The notes below the pieces were generated by a model. That model was not told the origin of the DNA. It made no database searches and saw nothing but the letters and a program-made list of their open reading frames with translations. A program made the position numbers and the translations under genes. A stretch of 63,515 nucleotides of DNA, counting the filler, from Platydemus manokwari (taxonomy: Eukaryota): assembly GCA_037951405.1 (NCBI GenBank). It is 6 parts of 6 records of this genome, joined end to end, with 100 filler letters (N's around TTAATTAATTAA, not from the genome) between each part and the next. Parts side by side here need not be neighbours in the genome. Positions count along the whole stretch, not along the records: positions 21,613 to 31,110 come from JBBMOY011240208.1; positions 31,211 to 42,337 come from JBBMOY010893310.1; 4 more parts are not named here. One strand, written 5' to 3'. Numbering within the stretch: the first letter of the stretch is position 1; each line of letters starts with the position of its first letter. This document shows positions 27,001-39,392 of the stretch, one piece after another.

Positions 27001-27855
27001 AGATCTCTCTGTTCGGCTGGTTGCTATACCTGTTTGGTTGTGTAGGCTTGTTTATCCTTTAAGTGAAAAAACAATTGTTTCAAAGTGAAAATCATTTTTC
27101 TTTTGTGTGATTTCATCTCTACTCAACAATAATATCTTTAATTTGTCTCTCAAATTACCGTGTTGCCTTCTTTGGTTTTGAGATACTGAATACCAGAATC
27201 GAATCTGGCAATCGTATCTTCATTTGAATTTATTAAATTACAACCATACTTTCTAATCAGTTTCTTCAGTATATTGTATGTTATTCATTTTATTGATAAA
27301 AATTCGTATTTTATGCGGTCTTTATTTGAGCTTTGTTGTGTTCATATTAATAAATCGATAATAATCTTTTCTACCAGTTTGTAATTTGTTTGTGTTTATC
27401 TCAATATTTTTAACTTTTAAACTGATTATCGCTAATATCACAACAAAATACCGGAATTCACTGAACCCTGAAACTTAAGATAATAGTAACAATAATTCAA
27501 CAGGAAAAGGACTAAAGATCGATGATAAGTGAAATTGTAAATATGCAGATAATGTTAAAATCTATTTATAAATATGCTCTACTGGTGCTTGAAGAACATT
27601 AAATATTAATCAAGTGAAATTCTAATCTGACTCGGTAAAGTTTTATTGAACAAATTTCTCTTATTTTCTAGGATACAGGCAGTGGCAATGTTTTTGAAGG
27701 CATAGACTTAATAATTTCAATACATAAATAATTGCTTAACTTCATCAAACCATTCGTTGTTTATATTTAATGCAATCGAAAAGTTAAACAAATAGACATT
27801 TTTTAATTTTAATAAGACTTAATAAAGCTTTAGTATAATTGCCCATCTTATTAAT

Positions 27856-28031
27856 TTAATCGGAGGTCATCAGTCTGTAGAATTCTGTAAAAGATCATGA
27901 CAATTAATCAATTTTAGCAATGAAATTCACCATCGAAATCAACTGTCCCTGAACCATCAGTATCAATATCATGAATAATTGTATCTAATTCCTCATCTGT
28001 CAACTCCTCGTGAAGACCTTTTAAAATCCAT
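27856..28031 (-). CDS. Last two exons (28031-27931, 27884-27856) of a troponin-C/Sm20-like EF-hand calcium-binding protein
   Basis: Spliced product [33 protein letters not shown]|EFYRLMTSD* with canonical EF loop [12 protein letters not shown] and a 46-nt GT-AG intron. Closely resembles the C-terminus of schistosome Sm20 and molluscan TnC as I recall them. Upstream exons not found. Confidence 0.85.
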
Positions 28032-29347
28032 CTGAAAATTGATAACAAATGAATTCATTAGAATTAATCAGAATTTATATTCAAATATCAAAATACTGCC
28101 AATCAAAATAGGAATATAATTAGAAAGATTGTGCTTATCAAGTGCAGTACCAAATCAAAATAAACATAATCATCATATTTATAGATCATGTCAAAAACTA
28201 TTTCATAGTCAAAGGAGAAAAAATTTATTTTCATGGATAAAATTAATTTATTGATTTTATTTTTATGAGAATTGTTATTAATAGTGTGGACTCTTTATTT
28301 GTATTTTGGAAATAATTAAATTCTTTTATCAATGAAATGTATTTAGATTCGCTTTTATTTTCCTTCAAATTGTCTTTATATCTTAAAAAAATTGTTAGAT
28401 TTATCCTAAAATATTGTTTAATTGCTTTCTTGTGGTTAAAAATTTCCCCAGTTCTTGAAATAAACACATAAATGTCAAAAATTATAATCGATTTATATCG
28501 TAAAATTTTTATAAGAAAAATTTACAGCTGAAAATTTAATTTGAAATTCAAAATATATCAGATTTTAAACTTTCATCCAGCTTAACAACAAACCTATCGG
28601 GGCTTTCGAAATGGTTTTGTGAGTATGCTGATTAATCTTTTGTTTCCTTTTTGATTTATCGGAATTACGTGGGTCATTGAATTGACCATTACAAATTCGT
28701 TGATTTGTGGATTCGAACACGCGGATATTTCTCTCATCCAGAATAACACACACACTTGGCAATGGATATCTCGATTTTTGCATTTTGGTTCCATATCAGC
28801 ATGATCTACTCATTGACTAAATGACTAAACTTCTAAAAGAGAATTAAATTTCTAAATTTATCAATAAATATTTGAAGACAAAATAAAATCTTCGAAAACA
28901 TAAACAGTGTAAGCGAATAGCGGCTTGATGAATAGGAGTTAATTATATAGAAAATGATGGGGAACCATCAGAATTAAATCTAATTGGTCAAAAATAATGC
29001 AAAATAAGAAAAATGTTATTTTATATTCCAAATTTTGGTGAAAATTTTCACCAACATGAAATTTCTGGAAGAACCTTTGAAAGAAGAATCGATATTAGAA
29101 TTTGGAAATCACGTCTGATTATTGTTATACAAATAAACTGTCAAAAGAAAAACAAAAAATGGAAGCAATAGAATGGAATGATTAAAATATAATCCAATAA
29201 ATGAGAATATTGAATATTAAATAAGAATATTCGACCAATAAAAGAGGTTTAAAAAGAAGAACAATGTGAAAGAGATTTTTCTTTCAAGAATTATTATATT
29301 GATTTAAAATAATTGAATTTATTCAAACAAAAATCAACAATTCACAC

Positions 29348-29718
29348 CAGTGGTTCTCAACCCTGGGTCGACAAACATTTTTACAGGGGTCACCGAATTA
29401 AGGTAGGTGTACCAATCATTATATGTGAAAAATCGTGTTTTATGATGTTGTTAAATAGTTTTGATGCTGATTAAACTACTTCTGTTCACAATTACCTTAA
29501 CTACTGCAGTTAAGTATTTTAAAGGTAATTTTATTATTTGATAATCTTATTATTATAGGTAATTTATTACTTGTTGTAAATCAATGAAATGTTGCAAATT
29601 GGTTTTATTAAATATGGTAAGTTATGACTTATTTTAAGTAATATTGATTTTCTTTGTAGTCGCCAAGATCTTAAAAATGGGAAAATAGGTCATCATCGAA
29701 AAAGGTTGAGAACCACTA
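29348..29718. mobile_element. Non-autonomous hAT (Charlie/Buster-type) MITE, 371 bp
   Basis: TIRs CAGTGGTTCTCAACC (29348-29362) and GGTTGAGAACCACTA (29704-29718); 8-bp TSD ATTCACAC / ATTTACAC with one mismatch. Confidence 0.88.
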
Positions 29719-31110
29719 ATTTACACACTTGTTAAGAGTTTTTATAATTGTATTGACCTATGATAATTCGTAAATTATATAAATCATGATAATTTATCGA
29801 AAATACAATTAAAATAAACGATAAATTATAGCATGTAAATATACTTTGTGTAAAATTGCCTATTAATGGAGTATAAGATTCGTAAAGCTAAAAACGAGTT
29901 ACAGCATCATTAACAGTAATCGAAAGATGCCATATTAGTGCTTTAATCAATAAGTACGACTCCACTTTCATATTTACTAGTAAATTATCAAGAAAGATGA
30001 TTGGAAATAAATGAATTTGTGATTAATTCCTAAAAACAAATGAAGCATTTTACTGCAAACGATTCCATGATTCGGAAATAGAAAAATTTTAAAAAGCCTT
30101 GGATTAAGTGTTTGATAGCCTTTTGTCAAAGCAATGGATGACACTCGGTACAATTGTTGACAATAGGATTCGTTAATTGAATTAATCATTGTAAATAAAA
30201 TAATATTATCAAGGTCATCTAACAAAGACAAGGTTACAATGATTAAAATAATCGTAAATTGTTTAAATAAAATTCATTAACATTGAAGGTACCTGTAAAT
30301 TATGAAAATGATAATTTTCAAAACAAATAATTTGTTATTGTTCCTAAAGACCTAAGACATTTAATTAAAAAAACCTACGCAAGCATTTTATCGTACTGAG
30401 GATCAGGAATAATAAATGAACCAGATTGAAATAACAGTTATGTTTTGTTATAAATTTATAATATTAATTAAACAATTGTAAACCGAGCCTATTTTATAAA
30501 ACTTACAATGAAAACAAATAGAAAAGTCAAAACACAAAAGTATATTTAATTTAATTAATTAAATAAATAAAATTGATTATTTAAATATAAATTTCGATTA
30601 TAAATGTTTTAAATTTAAATTCATTTAAAAATGCTCACAATAATAATTTTCAATCTGTCGTGATTTGCATGATATGCGGTGTGTTGTCACACCAGACAAT
30701 AACAATAAGACACACAACGACTTAGCACACTAATTTCCACAGAATCAGTGCAATTGAAGAAATAAATAAAATAAAAAATTATTTTATCAATTTCTTATTT
30801 CAAATTTTTTTGTCACTGAATTAATTGAATGAGACGAAATTATGTAAAATAAACATTTTTAGACGAAACCAGCTTTAATTAAGAAAAAAATGATAATTTT
30901 TCTTAACTTAAATGTCATAAAAACCTTATTTTCGTTTGAGAGGTGATATTTTCTTAAAAATCGTTTGATGTATTTTTAAAAAAATAAAATTTTAAAAATT
31001 AATTAATTTATTTTAATATAATTTTTTTAACATATAATTTAGAATCTAATGGAAGAATACTTGTTATACTTATTTTAGTATTAATCCTGAAACGATAGGA
31101 AATTAAAATA

Positions 31111-31210
31111 NNNNNNNNNNNNNNNNNNNNNNNNNNNNNNNNNNNNNNNNNNNNTTAATTAATTAANNNNNNNNNNNNNNNNNNNNNNNNNNNNNNNNNN
31201 NNNNNNNNNN
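31111..31210. other. Artificial contig spacer
   Basis: N44-TTAATTAATTAA-N44. Confidence 0.97.
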
Positions 31211-31519
31211 ATATTTATTAATTCAAAAGATTGTACAAATATATAGTATTTAAACAAATACATATATACATATATTACAATAAGAAACATGATAAAACAA
31301 TTACAGTTAATAAATTTAATCAAAGGAAAATATCAGATATCACTTATCGTGCACAGAATAAATTTATTCATAGATAATTTACGCGGTATAATAAATTTAA
31401 TCGAATAGAATTTTACTCTCCCTACATGAATTTAAGCTTGCAAGACCTATATTCATTGCAATTCATTCCAACAAATAATTGTAGAGAATTTCTATGATTG
31501 ACTCATCGATATCTATATA

Positions 31520-31680
31520 AGATAACAGTCGTATGACATGCGCAGTTTACAATTTAGAAGATCATGATAAAAGTTGATACCAAGAGCACAATAACACTAC
31601 GATTACATTCCAGCAAATGGAAGATCATTTTGTGCCCGAGATCTGAGAATTTCATATATGGCTAGTATTTTACTGGAAAA
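31520..31680 (-). pseudogene. Possible Pif1-family helicase relic (Helitron-like)
   Basis: Minus strand KILAIYEILRSRAQNDLPFAGM*..VIVL resembles the Pif1 motif LRxxxxNxxPFGGxxVIxxGD; disrupted. Confidence 0.3.
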
Positions 31681-32068
31681 TCCTAAAATGAGATAATGTC
31701 TTTATACATATATTACCATATTTATAATCGCATATTCTCCCTATTTATCGAATTGTGCTCAAATATCTTGAGATAGTTGGTTTGACTCCTCTCGAAAGTA
31801 ACTAAAAAAAGTAATCCTCTGGAATTGTGGGCAAAAATATCCACGCTTTTGGCATAAACTACTGCATGCAAATCGAATAAAACTGCACTTTTATATTTTA
31901 TAATTGTGATGAAATAATAAAGGTTTTATAAAAATAATTGTTGTCTTAGTTGATTGACAAGTGAAATAAGGTATCACTTCAGTTCGATAAAGATTTGTCT
32001 GGATAAATACCAAAGCAAACTACAAGCCTTATAATAAGATACATTTTACAATACATAATTATAATATT

Positions 32069-32069
32069 A

Positions 32070-32120
<51 letters not shown>
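32069..32120. repeat. (TAA)n microsatellite
   Basis: Directly visible. Confidence 0.95.
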
Positions 32121-32959
32121 CACAAATATAAATCCGCATTAATTAAAATGTAGGCGAAATTACATTAATAGTAAACAGAAGAAATTTTTAAATAATTATT
32201 AATTCATGTTGCCATGGTATTAATACGCGTAACAAGAAAAATTCAAATTTCCATGACAACAGTGGATATTTCCAAGGATATCAGAAATAAAATGAAAATA
32301 AGTCATTCACCCACATCTCAAATTGCTATAAATACTGAAGCAAAATTCAGTATTTTCGCCACAAACTTAACTCTTTCTAAGCCTGATTTTCAATACAAGC
32401 TCCAGTGCGATTTCGAATACCTATTCAATACTCTGCGAACCTTATATCTCAATTTTATATTCATCGAAATTATATGCCAACTTTGCAATGGTAAATTTTA
32501 ATTGTTCACTTAACAAACTGATATCATTCTTCGAAAGTGGATTTGTTGTCAGCAATTAACACGCCTCGCAAAGTCGTAATTGAACCTGTGAGTATTAAAA
32601 TCAAAATTTCTTTAGTTTGTATACCACAGAGGGGCGCCACTTAGTTCCGTCCAACGGTTTTTCATTACTGATAAAACTCTTCGGGCACGACAAGCTTCTA
32701 TCCTTCTAAAATCTAATACCATCGCACATTTGATAATTTTAGTGTAATAAAGTATTTTGAAATAATCTTATTATTTTCAGTATCCATATTATAATACACG
32801 CTACCTAATTAATCTGTGAAATTTCCGATATTCGTGGAAACATCAATCTCTCACTCACAGTCTAACACCGAATAATATATTAAATTATCGATTGAAAAAT
32901 CCTTGATTTGTTATTGGTCTGTCACCAAAGAACCCAAACCACCCGGTTTCCATCAGATT

Positions 32960-33240
32960 ATCATCATCAATAATTCACCACCTTTTGGTAAAGATAGAAA
33001 AGGTTCCATGTTTATAGTGACTGATAAAGAAACAATTAAATCATATAAGGAGTAATAAAATTAAATGTCATAACACATTTGGGAAGCAATAACAGACTTG
33101 TAGTTAAGGTTGAACATAAAATTTTGATAAATATATTGTCCAACGTTATTTACTTCGATTTCATGCGAGTGATAGAGTACTCGAGGGGAAAGGAGAACAA
33201 AATTATTAGGTTTGAAACTAAACGTGGATTAAGAAAGCTT
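32960..33240 (+). mobile_element. Degraded Ty3/gypsy RNase H fragment
   Basis: SPPFGKDRKGSMFIVTD...RLVVKVEHKILINIL...FDFMRVIEYSRGKENKI follows the gypsy RNase H motifs (FIxxTDAS, TDHK, IEYRxGKEN). Confidence 0.55.
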
Positions 33241-34399
33241 CAGAGATTGTTGTAAGATGTGGACAGTGTCAATAGATTTTTCAAATAAATCAAATTACAC
33301 TGACTCCACAAGTAGCATTTATTTATTATAATATTTCGACAGCAGTCATTGATCGTGATTAAATAAGTTGCCTTTGGATATGAAGATACTAATCTTCTTA
33401 TGAGTGGTCAAAATTTGAACTACTAGAGGTTGAGAACTGACATCGAAACTTTGGATTCTTAGCCAGGCATCACGTTCACTGTCTACAGTAGTATGCAAAA
33501 GTTGGGAGAACTAGTCGAGACAAAAGATATTAAGCGTAGAAATTCATTTATTACAATCTAGAAAGATAAAAAGTTATTCACAAACTTGGTGATACATAGT
33601 ATATTGTAAGGTCGTATTAAGCGATCAATAAATTTCTAACCACCACTGCATAGAACTTAACCCAGTGAAAATATCCCTTATTATAATATTACAGTCATTC
33701 TACTTTTTATTTGTAGAAAACTACGGATTTTATTTTGAACGAAATGATATTACTGACAATATTATTCAGTGTTTATCTTTTGTAAAGAAAATTCTTAAAT
33801 TCTATCATTCATTGGTAGAATCAATTCTTGGAGACTAAAATGTATTTTTCCACTTCAAGATTCCTCAATCCTTCATCATTTAATAAACAAATCTATGTGT
33901 TTATATTTTCAATACTTATAAATTTTTAGAATTCTATCAAAAGTAACATAGTAAATTCAAATAGACCTACAAGGTTCCAAGAACTGACATTCTGAACAGA
34001 TAAGTCAATTTTTATGTTGGAGAATGGGTAGGGTAGTCTAAAATACTCAGCATACTCATTAAAGACTCGATTCTTATAATAGCAGAATTATTAAACTAAA
34101 TGTTTTGGTGAAACTTAAATGATTCTTCAAAGGGCTTCAAAACAAAGTATAAATCTGTGCTCTTGAAGAAATATTATATTCATATTAGAGTTTTAAATTA
34201 TTATTTAATTATGTTATAGCTCTGATGCTGATTATCACGAAATATGTTGCTTGTCACAGAGTTCTGCACAGAATCTTTATTAACTACTGATTGTTATCAA
34301 AAAGATTTATTTAGGAAAGATAGAAGTAGTAAACAATTGAAATCAATAAAAATGTGGCCAGTGGAATAACTTCTTAAAGGCACAACAAAGCAAAATCGA

Positions 34400-35260
34400 A
34401 AACCCTGTAAGTAGTTGAAATAGAAATAGGGATCATAAGATATTATAAGAGAGCTTGGAATTTATCGTTAGTCATTGTATGGAAGAAAAATGAACCGATA
34501 CAAATGTAATTGGAAAGAATAAATGAGCTATCTAAAAAATACCCTTCTAGTCATAGATTACCTGAAGAATTCGAAACATTTCTAACCAAGACAATTTCAG
34601 ACAAGATAATTGCTAGGTTGAGCGACTTTCGAATGCATGTGGTTTCATAGCAATCAGATCGAGAATTGATCATTTTCCTTTTTGGAAAATTCTTTTGGAA
34701 TTACTCAGAACTTACTGCAACAATTAATGAAAGGCTTGCTTTTTTAAATCTGTTGCAGTCTATTTTGAGTGGTTTTGTAATCAACATGGAAACAGATTTA
34801 TTCTGAAGATAAATCCAGACAAATACAGTTTCTCTAAGAATGAAATAAATTCCCCGGGCCATCCGCTCATCACAGATGTGGTGTTAAAACAAAATCTGGT
34901 AGAGTTGTACAAATCGTATGAGCTTTGAGGATTCAAAATTCCAGAAACAGAAGTTTCCAATCTTGTTTTCTGTGTCAGCGTGACTTATGGCATAATGTTC
35001 TCTCATTTTATTATTTTATTAAATCAAGTGAGGAGAATATTTGGAATTGATGATGTTGCACATTAAGCCTATGATTATCAGATTTGAATTATAAGATTCT
35101 ATTTGACTTGATATGAGTTGGATTCAGAATGCTTTACTCACGATGTGTTACGAAATTTTCAAATTCTTTGTCACGAATTCGTCCCTAAATGGGTTCAAAT
35201 ACGTTATGATGCCAGGGTTGGGTAAAGATCCTAAACGTGATCTATAAAAGACTTAACTGA
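34400..35260 (+). mobile_element. Degraded Ty3/gypsy RT-RNase H fragment
   Basis: EIGIIRYYKRAWNLSLVIVWKKNEPIQM*LERINELSKKYP, LKINPDKYSFSKNEINSPGH, FVTNSSLNGFKYVMM; many stops and frameshifts. Confidence 0.65.
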
Positions 35261-36399
35261 TAGTAACTTGTGCTCAGCAAACTTCCAATATTCTTATGTC
35301 AAAATGGTGTATTGCTACTGTTACGATGTCTCTTTTAATAATAGATAAAATTGTTGTATTTCCCTCGATAAATTTTCAGGAATTACAAGATTTTTATTAG
35401 ATTTTGGTTAAAATGATTTTTTCAAATGATTTGAATGGTTGTTGAGTTTTTCTTGAAATAGTTGAGCACCAATTATATTATGTATTGGTTATTGCGTTGC
35501 TTATGTTTGCTGTTTTGCTATTATTTATTTTATCATTTAATTTTTTGGGTACAGTTATCTTCATTGCTTCACTCACATTTTCTGTTGAACATAACAGAAC
35601 ATTTGACTAAAGATTCGATGATCGTCAAATAGAATATCACATTATATAATGAATGACATGAATAAAAATAACACCAAAAATGTGTCAGTGTTACTAAATT
35701 AGTGTTGCACAATAAATAATGATTTCAACTTTCGATTTAAGGGGGGTTTTAATCGTTTGATTTATTTTACTGATTTTTTAAATTATTCGGTTGTGGATTG
35801 AATCCGAAATAAGAATCTCACTTGATTATTGATAAATGATTACTGATAAATTTATTATTATGTATTTGAGATTCTCTAGGATTGATAATAGATTTTATTT
35901 CTGGAATGATTTTGTGTCTGAGATCGATTTTTGGGGTGATTGGGATTTGGGATAAATTACATGATAATTTTAAAATACTCAAAATCGGTTGTCGTTTTGT
36001 TTGTCATTTGGTACTGGGTGTATTTAAAATGAAGAGATTTTCTATTGGCTACTAACATGTTAGAAAGTTGCGACAGATTTTGGTGCCTGAATTTTGGATT
36101 GGGAATTTATTGTGAGTTTTGGTGGGGATCCCGAGTAATTATATAATTATGTAATCATAATAGAACAAATCCCTATTAAGAATATAATTTATTGTTCTTA
36201 ATTTCTTCATATTAATATCATTTTTATTTATATTATTTCATACACGTGAGTCTGCTAGGTGCAGCCTTTTGTTTCGGATTTTAATACATCGGAATTTCGA
36301 CATGTGGCGTAGGAAAGAAGAAAATCTCAATTTTCTTACTTCTATGAGTAAGATGAAGTCGACCTCAAAGGACTTGATGATTACTGCACATAAATTCAG

Positions 36400-36560
36400 C
36401 GAACTAGTAACCTCGAAGGCAATTTCTTAGCAATACGAAAAACTATTCTCAACGTCATTCTGGACTCTTGGATAAATCGCTTTGGAAATCCCTGGAATAC
36501 CTTGACACAGTATTTCATCTGTAGAGCGATACATCTGTGAATATGATTAATAAGACGAAT
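36400..36560 (+). mobile_element. hAT transposase C-terminal dimerisation-domain relic
   Basis: FWTLG*IALEIPGIP*HSISSVERYIC resembles FW...IAxxILxIPxSSxSVERxFS. Confidence 0.4.
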
Positions 36561-38138
36561 TAAATAAAAAGGAAAATATTTTAAATGCAGCTGAGACCAT
36601 GTGATATTTTATTAAAAAATTTATAAATGACCAAGTATTTTCCCAAAGGCTTTCTACAGATTATCTGGTGTGCAGAAGTTGCTAGTCAAATTACGATAAA
36701 CTTCTACAAGGATTCCATAACTTACCAGAAAGAAGAGCTCCTAAAAGTTTTTATATTCATATAATGACACACCAATACCACTTAATTTACAAATCATGCG
36801 AACTACAATCGATATGCACTTTGAATATATTTGTATTTGCGGTAAATAAGATAGGGTGAACAGCATTCTAAACAATAGCCTCTCAATAAGAGGTATGATT
36901 GATGTACATAAGAAAAATTCTCTTTGTTTTTTAGAGATCTATGCTAATATTGATTCAAAATGAGAGATAACACAATCTGAACTGAATCAGTATCGAATAA
37001 TTATTTGTACCCTTCCTAAACAATATATTTTCCACCAATCGAAATATTCTTCTTATTTTTCCTGTAAAATAATGAAAGTTTCTTCGAACGATCTTCTTAA
37101 AATATTTAATTCCTATTGATTTTTTAGCACACATTTTAAATATCGGATTATTAGTAAAGCATTCAAAAGCTATCATCCAATTAAAGTTAAAATAAAAGTA
37201 ATGCATTGATTTTCCCCAATTATCAATTAAATTGCTCAACTGACCTTTGACATGACAAAATCCCAATTATCGATTTATTTTACATAACTAATTTTTGTGT
37301 GTATGCAAGGATTTCTGTGGACTGCTGTTACTTGTATTGGAAAAGATGATGTGAACAATTTTTGCAAAATATTTGGAAATATGAAAAAAAAAATGAGGGT
37401 TTACTTTTAAGGTTATTATCAATCAAGAGAACAATGAAAGATTAGAACACCAGGCACATTCAATGAAGTACGTCACAGTGAAGTATGTCACAAGTAAATC
37501 AATAATATTAAATAGTTGAGAACATGTGATATCTTTAAATTTTATGCTTTCAAGTACACGTGTAGAAACACGCTTTGGATATATTAATGGGAACTCGTTA
37601 TTATTCAAGGTCCGTAACTTTAAACAAAAATTATATATAACTGTTTTATATTTAAAAAAAAAGTATTGATTTCAAAAAATGAAATTTTTCATTACAATCT
37701 AATGATGATTACACTTTAATTTATTAAATGAAATCAATAAAAATTCGATTATTTTTTATGAAAATAAATCAATTTATCAATTAATAAGTGAAATAGTTTT
37801 AAATTTTTCATTTATATTAAAAAAATTTTTCACTACTAGTAATTAAATATCCAAATTTTTCAGGAAAACTTTTGAAATACATTAGAAAAAATAAAATCAA
37901 TAAAATAAATAAAAATTCACACCAGAGAACGTGAGAATGGTCATTTATTTTATTAGAAAAATATATTCTAAGTAAAGTAACGTGAAAATAATTTTTGTTT
38001 AAATTCGACAATAATTTGTAATCTGTAGCTCATATAAAATTATCTTCATTCTATTATTTGTAAATCTGTCAATAAAATTTGGATTTTAGTCAGAAGGAAC
38101 AATTTATTCGTTATTTGCTCGAGTCAATCTAGTTTAGA

Positions 38139-39392
38139 ATGTCGCATTTTCCACAATACACCATTAATTCGACTAGTAATGAGACCAATCAATTTAATAT
38201 GCAAGGCTTTGATGCCAATATGCTTAAAAATCTCATCGAAAACAACAACGTTCTCACTCAGAATATAAATCCCCAAGATGTTACTTACATGCAGCAAACT
38301 AAAATGCCGAATCAATATATAATCCAGTTGCCAAATAACAATGTTGCGATTCAGCAACCGTATATGCAAATGATGCAGTTCCCATATGGGAATATTTATT
38401 ACGTTAATCAACCGACACAGTTTGCAACTAATGACAACGGGGTGCAGTACAATGCTACACCGATTTTACCGATCCAACTAGCTCCTGGAGTTATGCAAGT
38501 TGATGTTAACGATCTCAACAAAATCAATCAACAAAACACTGCACCTAATTCTTCCAGGTCTAGAAAACGGTCGTATAGTAATCAACCTAAATTGGAACCT
38601 GATATTCAAAGTAATCCAAACGAAGAAGTCCTTCGCGACACCAGAAATCGACCTCTTTTGTATAGTTGCTCCGATTGTTCGAGAAAGTTCTCCATGCAGT
38701 CTCGACTGACACAGCACAAGAAGTGTCATTCCGGCATTCGGCCGTACGCTTGTAGCAGTTGCAGTTTTGCCTTTACTCAGAAAAGCTATCTCGTTCGACA
38801 TGCTGCCGTTCATAAAGAAGAACGTCCATACGTATGTGAACTGTGTCAGAAGACGTATAAACATTACGGCTCGTTAGCAAATCATAGAAAAACTCACAAA
38901 AACGGTGCTAAAGCTGCTGAAAGAACAACAAATAATATTAATAATTCCAACAACATTGACAACAATGTATCGAACGAAGCAATCGTTAATTGCAAGACCG
39001 AAGAGATTGTTGACATGAATAACAATTCGTCAACGAAATCGTATGTTCCGGTTAGTAACGGTGAATTCGTGTTCCAAACTCAACCTGAAATGCAGTCACA
39101 ATCGACCGATCAAAACCAATCATATACTAATCAATTCACCACTGATATTTCAACAGATCTATTTTCCAATTCATTCCAGAATCAGCTATCTGGCAATCTC
39201 TCAACAGACATCAATCCCAGCTTTATCAGTCAATTGAATTTTCACAACAATAATTTCTATTCTCTCATCGATTCCAGCACCAACGAATCTGTGAAACTGG
39301 AATTATCCAATCACGATCAAGTGACGTCAGATCTTAACAATAATTCGTCGATCTCAATAGAATCTTCTTCTCAGCCATTAAATCTTACTTAA
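38139..39392 (+). CDS. C2H2 zinc-finger transcription factor, 417 aa, three tandem fingers, Q/N-rich flanks, single coding exon
   Basis: YSCSDCSRKFSMQSRLTQHKKCH-SGIRP-YACSSCSFAFTQKSYLVRHAAVH-KEERP-YVCELCQKTYKHYGSLANHRKTH; basic NLS-like RSRKRS; uninterrupted 1254-nt ORF. Confidence 0.93.
   Translation: MSHFPQYTINSTSNETNQFNMQGFDANMLKNLIENNNVLTQNINPQDVTYMQQTKMPNQYIIQLPNNNVAIQQPYMQMMQFPYGNIYYVNQPTQFATNDNGVQYNATPILPIQLAPGVMQVDVNDLNKINQQNTAPNSSRSRKRSYSNQPKLEPDIQSNPNEEVLRDTRNRPLLYSCSDCSRKFSMQSRLTQHKKCHSGIRPYACSSCSFAFTQKSYLVRHAAVHKEERPYVCELCQKTYKHYGSLANHRKTHKNGAKAAERTTNNINNSNNIDNNVSNEAIVNCKTEEIVDMNNNSSTKSYVPVSNGEFVFQTQPEMQSQSTDQNQSYTNQFTTDISTDLFSNSFQNQLSGNLSTDINPSFISQLNFHNNNFYSLIDSSTNESVKLELSNHDQVTSDLNNNSSISIESSSQPLNLT

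Noticed and set aside
34561-34580. Hammerhead ribozyme core (CTGAAGA...GAAAC)
   Set aside because: No valid stem II or flanking stems; lies within a decayed gypsy RT.
33000-35450. Endogenous RNA-virus polymerase
   Set aside because: Recognisable motifs are Ty3/gypsy RT and RNase H, not RdRp.
38124-39237. Overlapping and antisense ORFs within the zinc-finger gene
   Set aside because: Shadow ORFs of the real CDS.
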